A DNA stretch of 64,000 bases from Candidatus Komeilibacteria bacterium RIFOXYD1_FULL_37_29 (GTDB lineage Bacteria > Patescibacteriota > Patescibacteriia > UBA1558 > GWA2-36-10), in assembly GCA_001818495.1 (NCBI GenBank), contig MHKS01000005.1, forward strand, positions 466,584 through 530,583, written 5' to 3'. A program made the translations under genes and the position numbers. Every line of letters begins with the position of its first letter. Within the stretch, counting starts at the first letter, position 1. Shown piece after piece: positions 1-10,520 of this stretch. The notes beneath the pieces were generated by a model, which was given only the letters and a program-made list of their open reading frames with translations, did no database searches and was not told the origin of the DNA.

Positions 1-6
1 GGTAAT

Positions 7-741
7 TTGAACGCCGCTTTCCAGGTTATGGACCTTTTGAGAGCCAATGAAAAGCAGACGGCTGACTCTTTGGCAGCTGTCAATAAAGCTGTCGATGATA
101 GTCTGGCTGCAGTGCAGCAAACTATCGATGACAGCTTAGCGACCATCGAAGAGCGGAAGAACTTCTGGCCGAATGTTCAAAGGCTTGTGGCTGAAATCCC
201 CGAGGATTTTGATGCTATGCTCGAGTGGGCGGATACTCCGGTTAAAGTCTCAGCAGTTTTGTTGAGCTATGATGTTCCTAGAAGCTGGATTGAACAGCGT
301 GGTATTGGCATAGATGTCTATTATGGTCAAGATATGATTATACTAGCGGACATTAGTTACGCGCAGACCAGAAATATGCTTCACCGCTACGCGGTGGAAC
401 TTAATGGTCCGGCGCATCGTCGGCTTATGGGGCAGGATTCCGTCCTTATTTCTAGCAAGGCCGATCAGGCCTGCCTTGAAGAAACAAATGCTTCACTAGC
501 GGAGACTAGAGAGGCGGTCGAGTTGACCTTCAAGGTAGCAACAGTCAACACTGAGAATATCCAGACGCTAGCTAGCGCCATGGATGATCTCAAAAGGGAT
601 GTTTGGACCTGTTTGGAAGGTTTGAAGCGGACGAAAATCCGCAAAGACCAAGGCGATGACAATCGCCGAATGATGGACAACCTGAGCATTCAGGGCAAAA
701 CCGCTGTCGTGTCGACAGAGCTCAAGAGCACTGAGCTCTAA
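7..741 (+). CDS. Hypothetical orphan protein, probably 5'-truncated by the window edge
   Basis: 244-aa ORF with the frame open to the window start; visibly more GC-rich than its neighbours; ~11-aa repeats (DSLAAV/DDSLA) near the N-terminus; followed by a terminator hairpin. Confidence 0.65.
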   Translation: MNAAFQVMDLLRANEKQTADSLAAVNKAVDDSLAAVQQTIDDSLATIEERKNFWPNVQRLVAEIPEDFDAMLEWADTPVKVSAVLLSYDVPRSWIEQRGIGIDVYYGQDMIILADISYAQTRNMLHRYAVELNGPAHRRLMGQDSVLISSKADQACLEETNASLAETREAVELTFKVATVNTENIQTLASAMDDLKRDVWTCLEGLKRTKIRKDQGDDNRRMMDNLSIQGKTAVVSTELKSTEL

Positions 742-776
742 TCGTATAGATCGAGTTTTTCTAAGTTCAACAAAAA

Positions 777-804
777 AAGAGACCCGCTCACCGGTGGGTC
801 TCTT
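777..804. terminator. Bidirectional intrinsic terminator
   Basis: AAGAGACCC-gctcaccggt-GGGTCTCTT inverted repeat between convergent genes; an A-tract on the left gives a U-tract for the minus strand. Confidence 0.8.
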
Positions 805-809
805 AAAAT

Positions 810-3800
810 TTATTTAGTATTGTCTAACCTTTTGTTTATTTTTTCTAGGATAGCTTCATTTTCTCCAATTACTTTTTTTGCTTTATCCAAATCGGCCACT
901 TCCACATCATCCGGTGGGTTTTGTTTTAATATATAATTAAAAATTTCTAGACGGCCTTTAATTTTTTCTAAATCGTCTACCGACATTTTATCAAGTTGCT
1001 CTTCGGTTGGTAATTTTTCATCAAGGAAATTTTCATATAATTTGCCAGCACTCATGTCTGACTGTTTGCTAATTGTCTCCTTCTGAGACTCTGCCCCTTC
1101 TTTAAGTTGATCTCTTAGTGTCTCGGATCCTTTCTTACCTATTTGTTCTAATTCTTGGACTGATTTTACTTTTTGCTCAGCTACGGCTATATCGTACATC
1201 AATTTTTCTCTAGTTTCTTTGACCATCAAATCTTTCATCGCTCTTTCAACGGTCATACCATCATCTACTTTGATTTCGTCATTTCTGACCGCCTGTTCTA
1301 AGAATTCGCGCATATGCTCACGGGTATGCATTTTAATGGCATCATCTTTATCTTCAATAGTCTCTTCTGTTTTACCGTGCAACAATTCTGATAAAGATTC
1401 TTTTTTAAGATCGTTCCATTCTTTTCGACTCTCGGCATCATCAAAGCCCAGTTTATTAAGAGCGGTGTTTAATTCGGTGGAAATATCATATTCTGGTTTG
1501 GGTAGCAAAGATTCGGGTATTTCAATTTTTTGTAAACTTTGGTTGTCTAATTGCTCATTTAAGCGAGCCATCATAGCCTCTTGATTTTTTTCCACCAAAG
1601 ATAAAAATTCAGTGGCTTTGGTTTCAGATACTTTATCAATTAGCTTTTCGCCAGATTCTTTATCCTGTAAGTATAATGGTTCTTCCAAAATATTATCACC
1701 AATTTTCACTACTTGATTGTTTTCTACAGTAATAGTTTGGTTTTCCAAAGTGAAAGAACCAGATTCCTCATCACTAAAGTTTACTTCGGTAGCCAATTCT
1801 CCCAGGTTAGATTTTTCTAAATTATCTTGGAATACTCTGCCTTCGGCCTTTTGAATTTGTTCTTGATCAAATTTGATATTTTCATCTTTGACTCCCTCGG
1901 CTGATAGCATATCGCCCCAAGTTTCATTTTTGATATTATCTATGTAAGCAACCGCACCAGTATTGGCGACATTTTCTGCCATAATAATTTCAGTGGCATG
2001 GTCAGCCAATTTGGCAATGACATTTTCCTGAAAGCCCTCATAATCAGTAATGGTTATTTTATTCCCCTCAATATTGACATATTTTTGAAATTCTTCTCCA
2101 GTGATACCAGCAATATCATGGCCTTCTGATAAGACTCGTAAATTAGCGCCAATATTAAGTATGCGAGCTGCTTCGACATTGGTTACCTCTCCTTTATCCA
2201 AATCTATATTATCAATACCCAAACGATAAAATACCTGTTCTAGGTGTTTTGGTGCAGCATCTTTACCCAGCTCTAAAGATAGTTTATATTTTACATCTTT
2301 TTCATCACCAGCTTCTTCTTTAAAGCCGGCTTTGACTACAGTCGGGTGCTCAATAGAAAATTTTTGCTGATCAGTAATTAAGCCGTCCTTATGAAGTTGC
2401 TCTAAGAGCGCTTGAGCAGCTTGAGATTTTTCACCGCCATGGATTTGATCACTTATAATTTTTAATTCAGTTTCGTCTAGACCGCCGTCAAAAGCATTAA
2501 TACCCAAATTTTTTTCCAGCTCTACCCGACCGACCGCTTCATTAATAGTTTTTATATCAATACCACTATTTCCAATAGCATTTTTTGCTAATTCCACATT
2601 ACCAAGCTGAAGTTCCTGACCTAAATGTTGTTTGATGGTCTCTTGATATTGCTCTAAACTCAAACTGCCATTTTTTAATAGATGCTGCAGAGCTTGTTTA
2701 GCGGTTTGAGCTTCCGGAGATTTTGGATCGTTATCCAATTCACAAATGATTTTATCCAAATCCTCGGCTTTAAGACCATTCTCAAAAGTGTTGATACCCA
2801 ATTTTTCATTGACAGCCACTAAATTTTTTAGTGAGTCGACGGTAGTTGAGTCTAAAGTAGAATCTTTTATTAAAGTATCGGCCTTGATTGTATCTCCAGA
2901 TTGAAGAGCTTGGGCAATTTCATTTATTTGAGTTTTTTGTTCGACCAAACTAGAATCATTGGCAAGCGTATCCGGAAACAAACTATCCTGTTTTTGTGGA
3001 CCGATAAAGTCTTTGGTGTCTACCGCCATTTCTTCTATATCAAAATCATCTTGTAAACTGTATTTAAATCCTGAGTTAGCAGCTTGCTTTTGTTTAGCTA
3101 AAACTTCTTGCATTTGCTCGAGTATTCCTTTTTGTTCGCTTAAAGTAGAATCAGAGTTTTCGAGCGCTGGGGCTTTTGTGGTATCAACTGGTACCTCAGC
3201 TTTTTCTTCAATATTAGCTGTGTCACCATTCGGTATCTCAGTATTATCTTTTGAGGTTATTGTGTCAGCTGTATTTAAAATCACTCGGTTATAGATATTA
3301 TCCAAACCTTGGTTGATATTATAATCTTCACCTGATAGTGCTGTTGAACTGGCATTTACCAACTCTCCACCAATAGCACCAGCTATAGCTCCTTTGGTAC
3401 CTTCTAATCCAGCTCGGCCTAAAGTTCTGAATTTTTCTTTGTTACTCAACTGGGCAAAAGTTTTCCAAAGACCCCTAAAACTCTTTCTGGCTCTTTCTTT
3501 GGTAGCAATGTCAGCTGCTTGGGCAATTTCTTTTTCTCTTTGAGAAACTATACTTTTGGCCATTTTTTTAGTATCAACAGTTTCATTTTTTTCAGCAGTA
3601 ATATTTTTGGCCTCAGAGATCATTTTATTTTGTAGATTCTGAATCTGCAGTTCAATTTTAGCCCTCTCTGCTTCTTTGATGTCAGGCAATTTTATGCGAG
3701 CTCTGGCTTCGCTGATTAATCCTCTGGCTTGATCAATATTTTCATTAGTTAAGGCAAAATTATTAAAATCACTAAGTATATCTTTGGTGGTTTTTACTTC

Positions 3801-5639
3801 GCTGGCGCTTTGCTTGAGGATTTCATTTCGCAAAGATCCTTGTATTCTTTGCATACCCATATAGACCGCTCCGGCGATGGCGTCAGAATAAGCTGCTCCG
3901 GCAATAGAACCAGAAACAAAGCCCTTACCTAGAGCTTGCATCAGACTGTCGGGAGGATTTTTGCCAAATAATTTGGCAACATAAGATTTTTCATAAGCGC
4001 TTTTTCCCTTATTATCAATTTCGGCAAATTTTTCTTGGGCTACTACATCACCTAAGATAACATTCATTTCTCTAGAAACCATCAACTCGGCCTGAATAGC
4101 CAGTTTATTAATGTCCGCTTCGCTTAAGTCGGATGCTCCTTTTAGTTGTTTTAAGGCTTCTTCTATTTGATAAGCAGCATATTCTTCCAGAGCGTTATTA
4201 GCAGTTAATGATTTGATTAACTCCTGTCTGTCTTTGATATCTTCAGCTTGATATTTCTGGTCACTATTTTTTTTAGTATTTTCGGTAAGTACCAACAAAC
4301 TACAGATATGATCAATTTTAGCTCTTTTTTCATCGCTATTTTCACCGCTAAAAATATTTTCTATTTTTTCGTCATCAAACCTTAATCTATAAGCCAAATT
4401 TTTTTGAGTACCCATGCTTTCCTGTCGCTGTTTTTCAAATTTGAGCAGGGCATCCATATCATTTTTTAGCTGTTCAAAAAGACCGTTGGTATCTAAACCA
4501 TCTTTAGACATTTTTTCAGCCTGAGTAGCCAATTTTTTGAGACTTTGGGCGTTTAGTTTTTCAAAACCACGACTAGTCAGATAATTAAAACCAGATACTG
4601 CTGCACCAGTCAGTCCTCCGCCAGCTAATTTTAGGGCCAAAGCTGGTGCGCTGACAAATTTGAGGCCGGTCATGACAGCTCGATTGGCTAAAGCATAAGA
4701 ACCTCCACCCCAGACGCCTTTTAAGAGCTGACTACCCTCGGCTTTTAATTTATCTGTTTTAGAAGTATTGTTTTCTTTGGAGGCTGAGGCCTGTCGTATC
4801 TGATCTTGCATAACCACTTCGGCTTGCTGACAGAAATTTTCAAAGTATCTGTTTTTAAATTCCTCAGCATAAAGAGTATCCACGCCCATTTCCATGAGCA
4901 TGGTTTCATCAGTAATCATTTGAGCAAATTTTTCTTTTAGTTTTTTAATATCTTTTAAGTCATCAAAACTTAAGTTAGTAAAAAACTCATTAAATTTTTG
5001 GTTAGCGATTTGCTCTTGCTTGGCTTCCAAAATTGGTACTACTTCTTCAGAAATTGTCTCTGCTATAGCTAATGTTGGTTTGGGTGTCTCTACAGAAATT
5101 GGTTCTGGTTTGGGTGCTACCATTTCAGCGGTGTGGAGAGGGTTCGATTCTGCTTGAATAATCGGCTCAGGAGTTTTTGGTTTCTCGGATTTTTCTAGGC
5201 GTTCGGCTCGATTACTTTTGATTTCTGGAATCTCAGAATAGATAACCCTACTCTTTTCTTCAGCTGGCGCTCCAGAAAAAACAATTTCGCTAGTTACTTT
5301 CTTGGCACTTCTACCCCATTGATTTTTGGTGTTCTCTATAGCTGTACTTGCTTCGATAGCAACGTTTTCAGCAGAGCTACTAATATCTCTTAAAACAGCT
5401 GACTCGGCTGGAGTGGCTGCTGTTTTTATCTCTGATGGTGTATCCTTAAAATCAGCCACTTCATCTTCAATCATCGTAGTTGCTTCGTAGGCGCTAGTTT
5501 CTATTGGATCTAGCCTAGTTTCTCTAGCATTAGCTTTTAAAAGCTCTTCCATTCTTTCAGCTGATACTTCACCATATCTAGGATCTACTGACTGGCCTCC
5601 CCTAGAGCTCCTTTTATCTCCTTTGTTTCTTCTGTCCAT
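810..5639 (-). CDS. Giant hypothetical protein (acidic/helical, with glycine-rich hydrophobic segments)
   Basis: 1609-aa ORF, E/K/D-rich; Gly/Ala hydrophobic stretches (GGGLTGAAVSG, GSIAGAAY, GAIAGAIGG); internal ~98-aa repeat. Confidence 0.85.
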   Translation of the reverse strand: MDRRNKGDKRSSRGGQSVDPRYGEVSAERMEELLKANARETRLDPIETSAYEATTMIEDEVADFKDTPSEIKTAATPAESAVLRDISSSAENVAIEASTAIENTKNQWGRSAKKVTSEIVFSGAPAEEKSRVIYSEIPEIKSNRAERLEKSEKPKTPEPIIQAESNPLHTAEMVAPKPEPISVETPKPTLAIAETISEEVVPILEAKQEQIANQKFNEFFTNLSFDDLKDIKKLKEKFAQMITDETMLMEMGVDTLYAEEFKNRYFENFCQQAEVVMQDQIRQASASKENNTSKTDKLKAEGSQLLKGVWGGGSYALANRAVMTGLKFVSAPALALKLAGGGLTGAAVSGFNYLTSRGFEKLNAQSLKKLATQAEKMSKDGLDTNGLFEQLKNDMDALLKFEKQRQESMGTQKNLAYRLRFDDEKIENIFSGENSDEKRAKIDHICSLLVLTENTKKNSDQKYQAEDIKDRQELIKSLTANNALEEYAAYQIEEALKQLKGASDLSEADINKLAIQAELMVSREMNVILGDVVAQEKFAEIDNKGKSAYEKSYVAKLFGKNPPDSLMQALGKGFVSGSIAGAAYSDAIAGAVYMGMQRIQGSLRNEILKQSASEVKTTKDILSDFNNFALTNENIDQARGLISEARARIKLPDIKEAERAKIELQIQNLQNKMISEAKNITAEKNETVDTKKMAKSIVSQREKEIAQAADIATKERARKSFRGLWKTFAQLSNKEKFRTLGRAGLEGTKGAIAGAIGGELVNASSTALSGEDYNINQGLDNIYNRVILNTADTITSKDNTEIPNGDTANIEEKAEVPVDTTKAPALENSDSTLSEQKGILEQMQEVLAKQKQAANSGFKYSLQDDFDIEEMAVDTKDFIGPQKQDSLFPDTLANDSSLVEQKTQINEIAQALQSGDTIKADTLIKDSTLDSTTVDSLKNLVAVNEKLGINTFENGLKAEDLDKIICELDNDPKSPEAQTAKQALQHLLKNGSLSLEQYQETIKQHLGQELQLGNVELAKNAIGNSGIDIKTINEAVGRVELEKNLGINAFDGGLDETELKIISDQIHGGEKSQAAQALLEQLHKDGLITDQQKFSIEHPTVVKAGFKEEAGDEKDVKYKLSLELGKDAAPKHLEQVFYRLGIDNIDLDKGEVTNVEAARILNIGANLRVLSEGHDIAGITGEEFQKYVNIEGNKITITDYEGFQENVIAKLADHATEIIMAENVANTGAVAYIDNIKNETWGDMLSAEGVKDENIKFDQEQIQKAEGRVFQDNLEKSNLGELATEVNFSDEESGSFTLENQTITVENNQVVKIGDNILEEPLYLQDKESGEKLIDKVSETKATEFLSLVEKNQEAMMARLNEQLDNQSLQKIEIPESLLPKPEYDISTELNTALNKLGFDDAESRKEWNDLKKESLSELLHGKTEETIEDKDDAIKMHTREHMREFLEQAVRNDEIKVDDGMTVERAMKDLMVKETREKLMYDIAVAEQKVKSVQELEQIGKKGSETLRDQLKEGAESQKETISKQSDMSAGKLYENFLDEKLPTEEQLDKMSVDDLEKIKGRLEIFNYILKQNPPDDVEVADLDKAKKVIGENEAILEKINKRLDNTK

Positions 5640-5643
5640 ATAA

Positions 5644-5829
5644 TTAATATCTATCTTTTAATTCTTGAAGTTTTTGGGAAATTTTTTCCTCGTCAACTCT
5701 TTGAATTATCTGGCTAATAATTTTATTTTTATCGTCTTTTAATTTACCCAATTTAAGCAAAGCCAAGTCCCTAATTTGTTGAATTTCAGCTATTTTGTCT
5801 TGAGTGGCTTTGGATTTTATTGGAGGCAT
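5644..5829 (-). CDS. Small coiled-coil hypothetical protein
   Basis: 61-aa ORF packed 4 and 7 bp from its neighbours on the same strand. Confidence 0.75.
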   Translation of the reverse strand: MPPIKSKATQDKIAEIQQIRDLALLKLGKLKDDKNKIISQIIQRVDEEKISQKLQELKDRY

Positions 5830-5836
5830 ACTTTTA

Positions 5837-6169
5837 TTATTTTAGAGCTTGTTTTATGCGGGCAGTTCGATTGAAAAAATTATAAGCATAGTCATCTAAG
5901 AATTTTTTTTGTTCATTGGAAAAATTTGGTATTTTGTTTTGCAAAAAATCATGCAGGTCTTCCGTTTTAGCATTTTTTTCAACCAACTCATAATATTCGT
6001 TTATATCCTGAGCTGATAATTTGCTTAAAAGAAAAAGACCCATCTTTTTTTCCAGTTGCTCAGCCAACCTCTCTACGTCAGTGGCGTCAATTTTGCCGCT
6101 AGCGTCGGTTAAATTAGCTTTACTCAGAAGGGCCGTAATAAAATCCTTAGAAAATGCTTTGTTTGCCAT
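5837..6169 (-). CDS. Hypothetical helical protein (DUF5663-like)
   Basis: 110-aa ORF with pattern LLSKLS..DINEY..LVE....L..FLQ.KIPNF, recalled as typical of a CPR small-protein family. Confidence 0.65.
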   Translation of the reverse strand: MANKAFSKDFITALLSKANLTDASGKIDATDVERLAEQLEKKMGLFLLSKLSAQDINEYYELVEKNAKTEDLHDFLQNKIPNFSNEQKKFLDDYAYNFFNRTARIKQALK

Positions 6170-6282
6170 ATTTTTATAATTATTTTTGGGCTAAGATACA
6201 CATATATATTATAAATTATTTTTACATTATAGTATAGTACTTTTTCAATATTATGTCTAGATTTATAGTTTAAAGTCTTTTT

Positions 6283-6867
6283 TTAGGTATTAAATTGGTC
6301 TAATAATTTTTTAGTTATTTTGGTTGGTAGACCAATGATACTTTCTTCTTCCCCTTCTATGTTTTTTATATAGGGTTTGACTAGGGGATCCCAAATAGAA
6401 AAACCACCAGCTTGTTGGAAAATATCGCCCTTGGAAATTAGTTTTTCTATTATCTGATTGGGGATTTTTTTAAAATAAATTTTAGCGCTATCACTAGCCT
6501 CTACTTTTCGGCCAGTCTCAGTGTCAGTTACTACGACAGTATTGACAGTTTCAGCGGGAAATTTTTCGTAGCTGTTTAAAAAATCTCTAGCTTCTTGGGG
6601 GCTCTGTGGTTTTTCTCTAATAATTCCGTTCCAATAGACTACTTGATCGGCGGTAACTAGTAGGGCGGGAAATTTTATTTTTTCGAGCAATACCAGTGCC
6701 TTAGCGTTGGCTAATTTGCTGGTCAGTTTTTTAGGATTGGAATCCCTAATGGCTCTTTCGTCAATATCAGAAATCAATACGTCAAATTTATAACCCAAAT
6801 CTTCTAATACTTTTTTACGTCCTAAAGAAGCACTGCCTAATATTATTTTGTAATTTTTATGATTCAT
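6283..6867 (-). CDS. maf: Maf family nucleotide pyrophosphatase
   Basis: IILGSAS.GRK, DIDE, ANAKA, TADQVV, REKP and AGGF motifs. Confidence 0.92.
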   Translation of the reverse strand: MNHKNYKIILGSASLGRKKVLEDLGYKFDVLISDIDERAIRDSNPKKLTSKLANAKALVLLEKIKFPALLVTADQVVYWNGIIREKPQSPQEARDFLNSYEKFPAETVNTVVVTDTETGRKVEASDSAKIYFKKIPNQIIEKLISKGDIFQQAGGFSIWDPLVKPYIKNIEGEEESIIGLPTKITKKLLDQFNT

Positions 6868-6870
6868 AAA

Positions 6871-7365
6871 CTATGCTTGAAACCAAGCTGAGACAGCTTC
6901 AATATCTTCTTTTTGGTGTTCTCCTGTTAGCATACTTTTGTAAGCTATCAGATCGGCGGGTGAAACTATTGGTATAGTAATACCATAAATTTCTTTTAAA
7001 ATTGATGCTGAAAAATCGGTGGGCATTTTTTCCCATTTTCCGGTTCTAGCATCACAGATTTTAATATTATTACCGCCGCTTATATCTATCTCTTGACCAT
7101 TAAAATTTAATGTCAACGACTTACAATCCCATCTTTCATCAATATAATGCTTCGGGCCATAAACGATAAATCCCTTTAGATCTTCTATAATTTTAGAAAA
7201 ATATTTGTCTGGAATATCTATATCAATATCGTTTAGAAGTCTCTTGGATCCGTAAATTTTAGCAGCCAAACCTCCAGTTATTTGAAAGGGTACTTTGTGT
7301 TTTTTTAAAATTTTAACTATCCAGTCTAAAGCCTCTTTGGTATTTTTCCTATTACTACTTTCCAT
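6871..7365 (-). CDS. Nucleotidyltransferase-superfamily protein
   Basis: ITGGLAAKIYG...DIDIDI motif (Pol-beta-like NTase); start placed at MESSN (7365) to avoid overlap with the upstream gene. Confidence 0.75.
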   Translation of the reverse strand: MESSNRKNTKEALDWIVKILKKHKVPFQITGGLAAKIYGSKRLLNDIDIDIPDKYFSKIIEDLKGFIVYGPKHYIDERWDCKSLTLNFNGQEIDISGGNNIKICDARTGKWEKMPTDFSASILKEIYGITIPIVSPADLIAYKSMLTGEHQKEDIEAVSAWFQA

Positions 7366-7372
7366 AACACTT

Positions 7373-7741
7373 TTATATTTTTTTCCAAGCAGAGGGCAAA
7401 AGATCAATTGCCTTACTTGTTTTTATTTCTGATAATATAATTTGAGCCTCGGGACAATATGTTACATACAATTCACGACACAAACCGCAAGGCGGATAAA
7501 TTTCAAAAGTTCCATCTTCATGCCTTTTTACAGCAACAATCATTTCAATCTCACGATCACCAGCCAACAAAGCCTGTCCAACAGCTAACCATTCGGAACA
7601 AAGATCTACTTTTTGAGAATTTATGGAAATGCCAGTATAGATTTTTCCTGATTTTGTTCTAATAGCAGCACCAACGGAATGTTTTCCTTTGACATAATGT
7701 TGTTCAATGATGTTCTGCGCTTCTTTTATTAAATTCAGCAT
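7373..7741 (-). CDS. cdd: Cytidine deaminase (homotetrameric/blasticidin-S deaminase type)
   Basis: HSVGAAI, IYTGISI, CSE and PPCGLCRE zinc motifs. Confidence 0.85.
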   Translation of the reverse strand: MLNLIKEAQNIIEQHYVKGKHSVGAAIRTKSGKIYTGISINSQKVDLCSEWLAVGQALLAGDREIEMIVAVKRHEDGTFEIYPPCGLCRELYVTYCPEAQIILSEIKTSKAIDLLPSAWKKI

Positions 7742-7759
7742 GTTAAATATTAAATAATT

Positions 7760-10519
7760 TTAGGCACCATGACAACGCTTATACTTTTTGCCAGATCCGC
7801 AATAACAAGGATCATTGCGGCCAATTTTATCGCCCTCTAAGTTTTTTGGTTTGTTGGATTTAATAGGATTATGGCTTTCGCGGTTGGCTACTTGTTTTTG
7901 AAAAGGCTGATAACCCTGTTTTTGTTCTTCAAAAACTTTTTGGCTTTCACCTGGTCTAGGTGCATTATTACTGGCGGCTACAGTGTTTCTTTTTAGGGTA
8001 ATTTTATAAAGAGAATAAACTATATTTTTACGGATAGAATCAATCAGGTTATTAAATAAACCAAAAGCTTCTCTTTTGTATTCCACCAGTGGATCCCTTT
8101 GACCATAACCTTGCAGACCAATACCAGTACGCAATTTGTCCATAGCGGTCAAATGCTCTACCCACAAAGTATCAATACTTTTTAAAACTACGCTACGCTC
8201 AATGACCTGCATCGGTGTCCAAGCTTGGTCATTTACGACCATATTGGCATTGATTTCGTCTCTTAATTTACCATATTTTTCCTGGGCAATAGCAATAACA
8301 TATTCAATCAATTGATCACGATTTTCGTGTGAATTATTTTTACGGAGATTATCAAAAAAATCTTTAATCTTATTTTCCTCAGCAGTTTCTAGTGGAAAAA
8401 TTGATTTTATGGTTTCTAATATTTCCTTGGGGTTAAAATCTGACCGCGACTTATCACCTAAAGTATGAAAAGAAACCACGTTTTCAATTTCTTGACTGAC
8501 ATATTCCAAGACTATATCTTGAGAAGTTTTTTCGCTTTTATGATCTCTGTCAGAAAATATTTCCAAAAGTTGCTGACGAGAATTGTAGATTACCTGACGG
8601 TGTTTGTTGATAATATCATCATATTCAACCAGGTGTTTTCTAATATCAAAGTTGTGGCCCTCTACTTTTTTCTGCGCTGATTCAATAGAATTTGATATGA
8701 TTTTATTTTCTATTGGTATGTCTTCACCCAAACCGAGCTTGTCCATGATATTTTTCATGCGGTCTGATCCAAAGATGCGCATCAAATCATCTTCCATAGA
8801 AATATAAAATTGGGATGATCCAATATCGCCTTGCCGGCCGCTACGACCACGCAACTGATTGTCAATACGACGGGATTCGTGTCGCTCGGTACCCAAGACA
8901 TGTAAGCCTCCTAGTTTGATAACTTCTTCGTACTTTTCCTGATTAAAAGGCGTGCCACCTAAGACAATGTCAACTCCGCGGCCGGCCATATTGGTGGCTA
9001 CAGTGACAGCCCCTTTTCTACCAGCTTGAGCAATAATTTCCGCTTCTTTTTCATGAAATTTGGCGTTTAAAAGTTGATGTGGTATGCCGGCTTTTTCTAG
9101 TAATTGACTTAATTCTTCATTTTTTTCAATGGAAATAGTACCAACCAAAATCGGCTGGCCTTTTTCGTGTCGCTCTTTTATTTCTTTGACAATGGCTTTT
9201 AGTTTTCCGCGATAGTTTTTATAAATACGATCGCGCATATCCTGACGGATAAATGGCTTATTGGTCGGAATAACCGTAACATCCAAATTGTAAATCTTGG
9301 CCATTTCTTCGGCTTCGGTAGCAGCTGTACCGGTCATACCAGCCAGTTTATTATACATACGAAAATAATTTTGAAAAGTGACGGTAGCTAAGGTCATACT
9401 TTCGCGCTGGACTTCGACACCTTCTTTGGCTTCAATAGCTTGGTGCAAACCTTCACTATAGCGACGGCCAGGCATCATGCGACCGGTAAATTCATCAATA
9501 ATAATAACTTCATTATCTTTGATGACATAATCTTTGTCTTTGGTAAATAAAGCCTTGGCTTTTAATGCTGACTCTAAGTGATGAACAGTCTCCATGCCGT
9601 GGCTTTCATAAATATTATCAACACCCAGCATTTTTTCCATTTTAGAAATACCCTGTTCCGTTAGGGTGCAAGCTCTCATTTTTTCATCAATGTTGTAATC
9701 TTCATTTTCTTTGAGAACCTCGACCATCTGAGCAAATTGACCATAACGCTCGGTCGATTGTTCTGCTTGAGCGGAAATTATTAAAGGTGTGCGAGCCTCA
9801 TCAATCAAAACGCTATCAACCTCGTCAATTAAGGCATAGCGCAGACCTCTTTGTACTTGGCGAGTAGCATCTTGCGTCATGTTGTCGCGCAAGTAATCAA
9901 AGCCAAATTCATTGTTGGTACCATAAGTAATATCAGCTTGATAAGCTTCTTTTCGGGGTACTGGTCGCAAATAGTCCATATCTATTTTGACATGCGTATC
10001 GTTTTTATCTGTGATTTGCTTGGAGTCATATAAAAAAGAGCTTTCATGACAAATTACACCGATGCTTAGTCCTAAAAATGAATATATTTGCGACATCCAG
10101 ACAGCATCACGTTTGGCCAAATAATCATTGACAGTAATGACATGGACACCTTGTCCGGCTAAAGCATTGAGATATATTGGTAAGGTAGAGGTCAAAGTTT
10201 TACCTTCACCAGTTTTCATTTCAGCGATTTGTCTTTGGTGAAGCACCATACCGCCCAAAAGCTGAACATCATAGTGCCTTTGGCCTAAAGTGCGCTGAGC
10301 AGCAATTTTTACTAAGGCAAAAGCCGGTACCAGGACATCATCCAATTTGGTACCGTCTTTGATTTGTTGTTGCAAACCTAGACTTTTGGCCTTAAGTTCT
10401 TCGTCATTGAGTTTTAAGAATTCTTGCTCGGTTTCGTTGATACTATCTACCGATGGTTGGAGACTTTTTAAAAATTTGGCATTGGCATCTCCAAAAAGTT
10501 TGTTGATCAGTTTTTGCAT
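7760..10519 (-). CDS. secA: Preprotein translocase ATPase SecA
   Basis: MKTGEGKT, DEVDSVLIDEARTPLIIS, ATNMAGRG, RRIDNQLRGRSGRQGD, C-terminal GRNDPCYCGSGKKYKRCHG. Confidence 0.99.
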   Translation of the reverse strand: MQKLINKLFGDANAKFLKSLQPSVDSINETEQEFLKLNDEELKAKSLGLQQQIKDGTKLDDVLVPAFALVKIAAQRTLGQRHYDVQLLGGMVLHQRQIAEMKTGEGKTLTSTLPIYLNALAGQGVHVITVNDYLAKRDAVWMSQIYSFLGLSIGVICHESSFLYDSKQITDKNDTHVKIDMDYLRPVPRKEAYQADITYGTNNEFGFDYLRDNMTQDATRQVQRGLRYALIDEVDSVLIDEARTPLIISAQAEQSTERYGQFAQMVEVLKENEDYNIDEKMRACTLTEQGISKMEKMLGVDNIYESHGMETVHHLESALKAKALFTKDKDYVIKDNEVIIIDEFTGRMMPGRRYSEGLHQAIEAKEGVEVQRESMTLATVTFQNYFRMYNKLAGMTGTAATEAEEMAKIYNLDVTVIPTNKPFIRQDMRDRIYKNYRGKLKAIVKEIKERHEKGQPILVGTISIEKNEELSQLLEKAGIPHQLLNAKFHEKEAEIIAQAGRKGAVTVATNMAGRGVDIVLGGTPFNQEKYEEVIKLGGLHVLGTERHESRRIDNQLRGRSGRQGDIGSSQFYISMEDDLMRIFGSDRMKNIMDKLGLGEDIPIENKIISNSIESAQKKVEGHNFDIRKHLVEYDDIINKHRQVIYNSRQQLLEIFSDRDHKSEKTSQDIVLEYVSQEIENVVSFHTLGDKSRSDFNPKEILETIKSIFPLETAEENKIKDFFDNLRKNNSHENRDQLIEYVIAIAQEKYGKLRDEINANMVVNDQAWTPMQVIERSVVLKSIDTLWVEHLTAMDKLRTGIGLQGYGQRDPLVEYKREAFGLFNNLIDSIRKNIVYSLYKITLKRNTVAASNNAPRPGESQKVFEEQKQGYQPFQKQVANRESHNPIKSNKPKNLEGDKIGRNDPCYCGSGKKYKRCHGA

Positions 10520-10520
10520 A

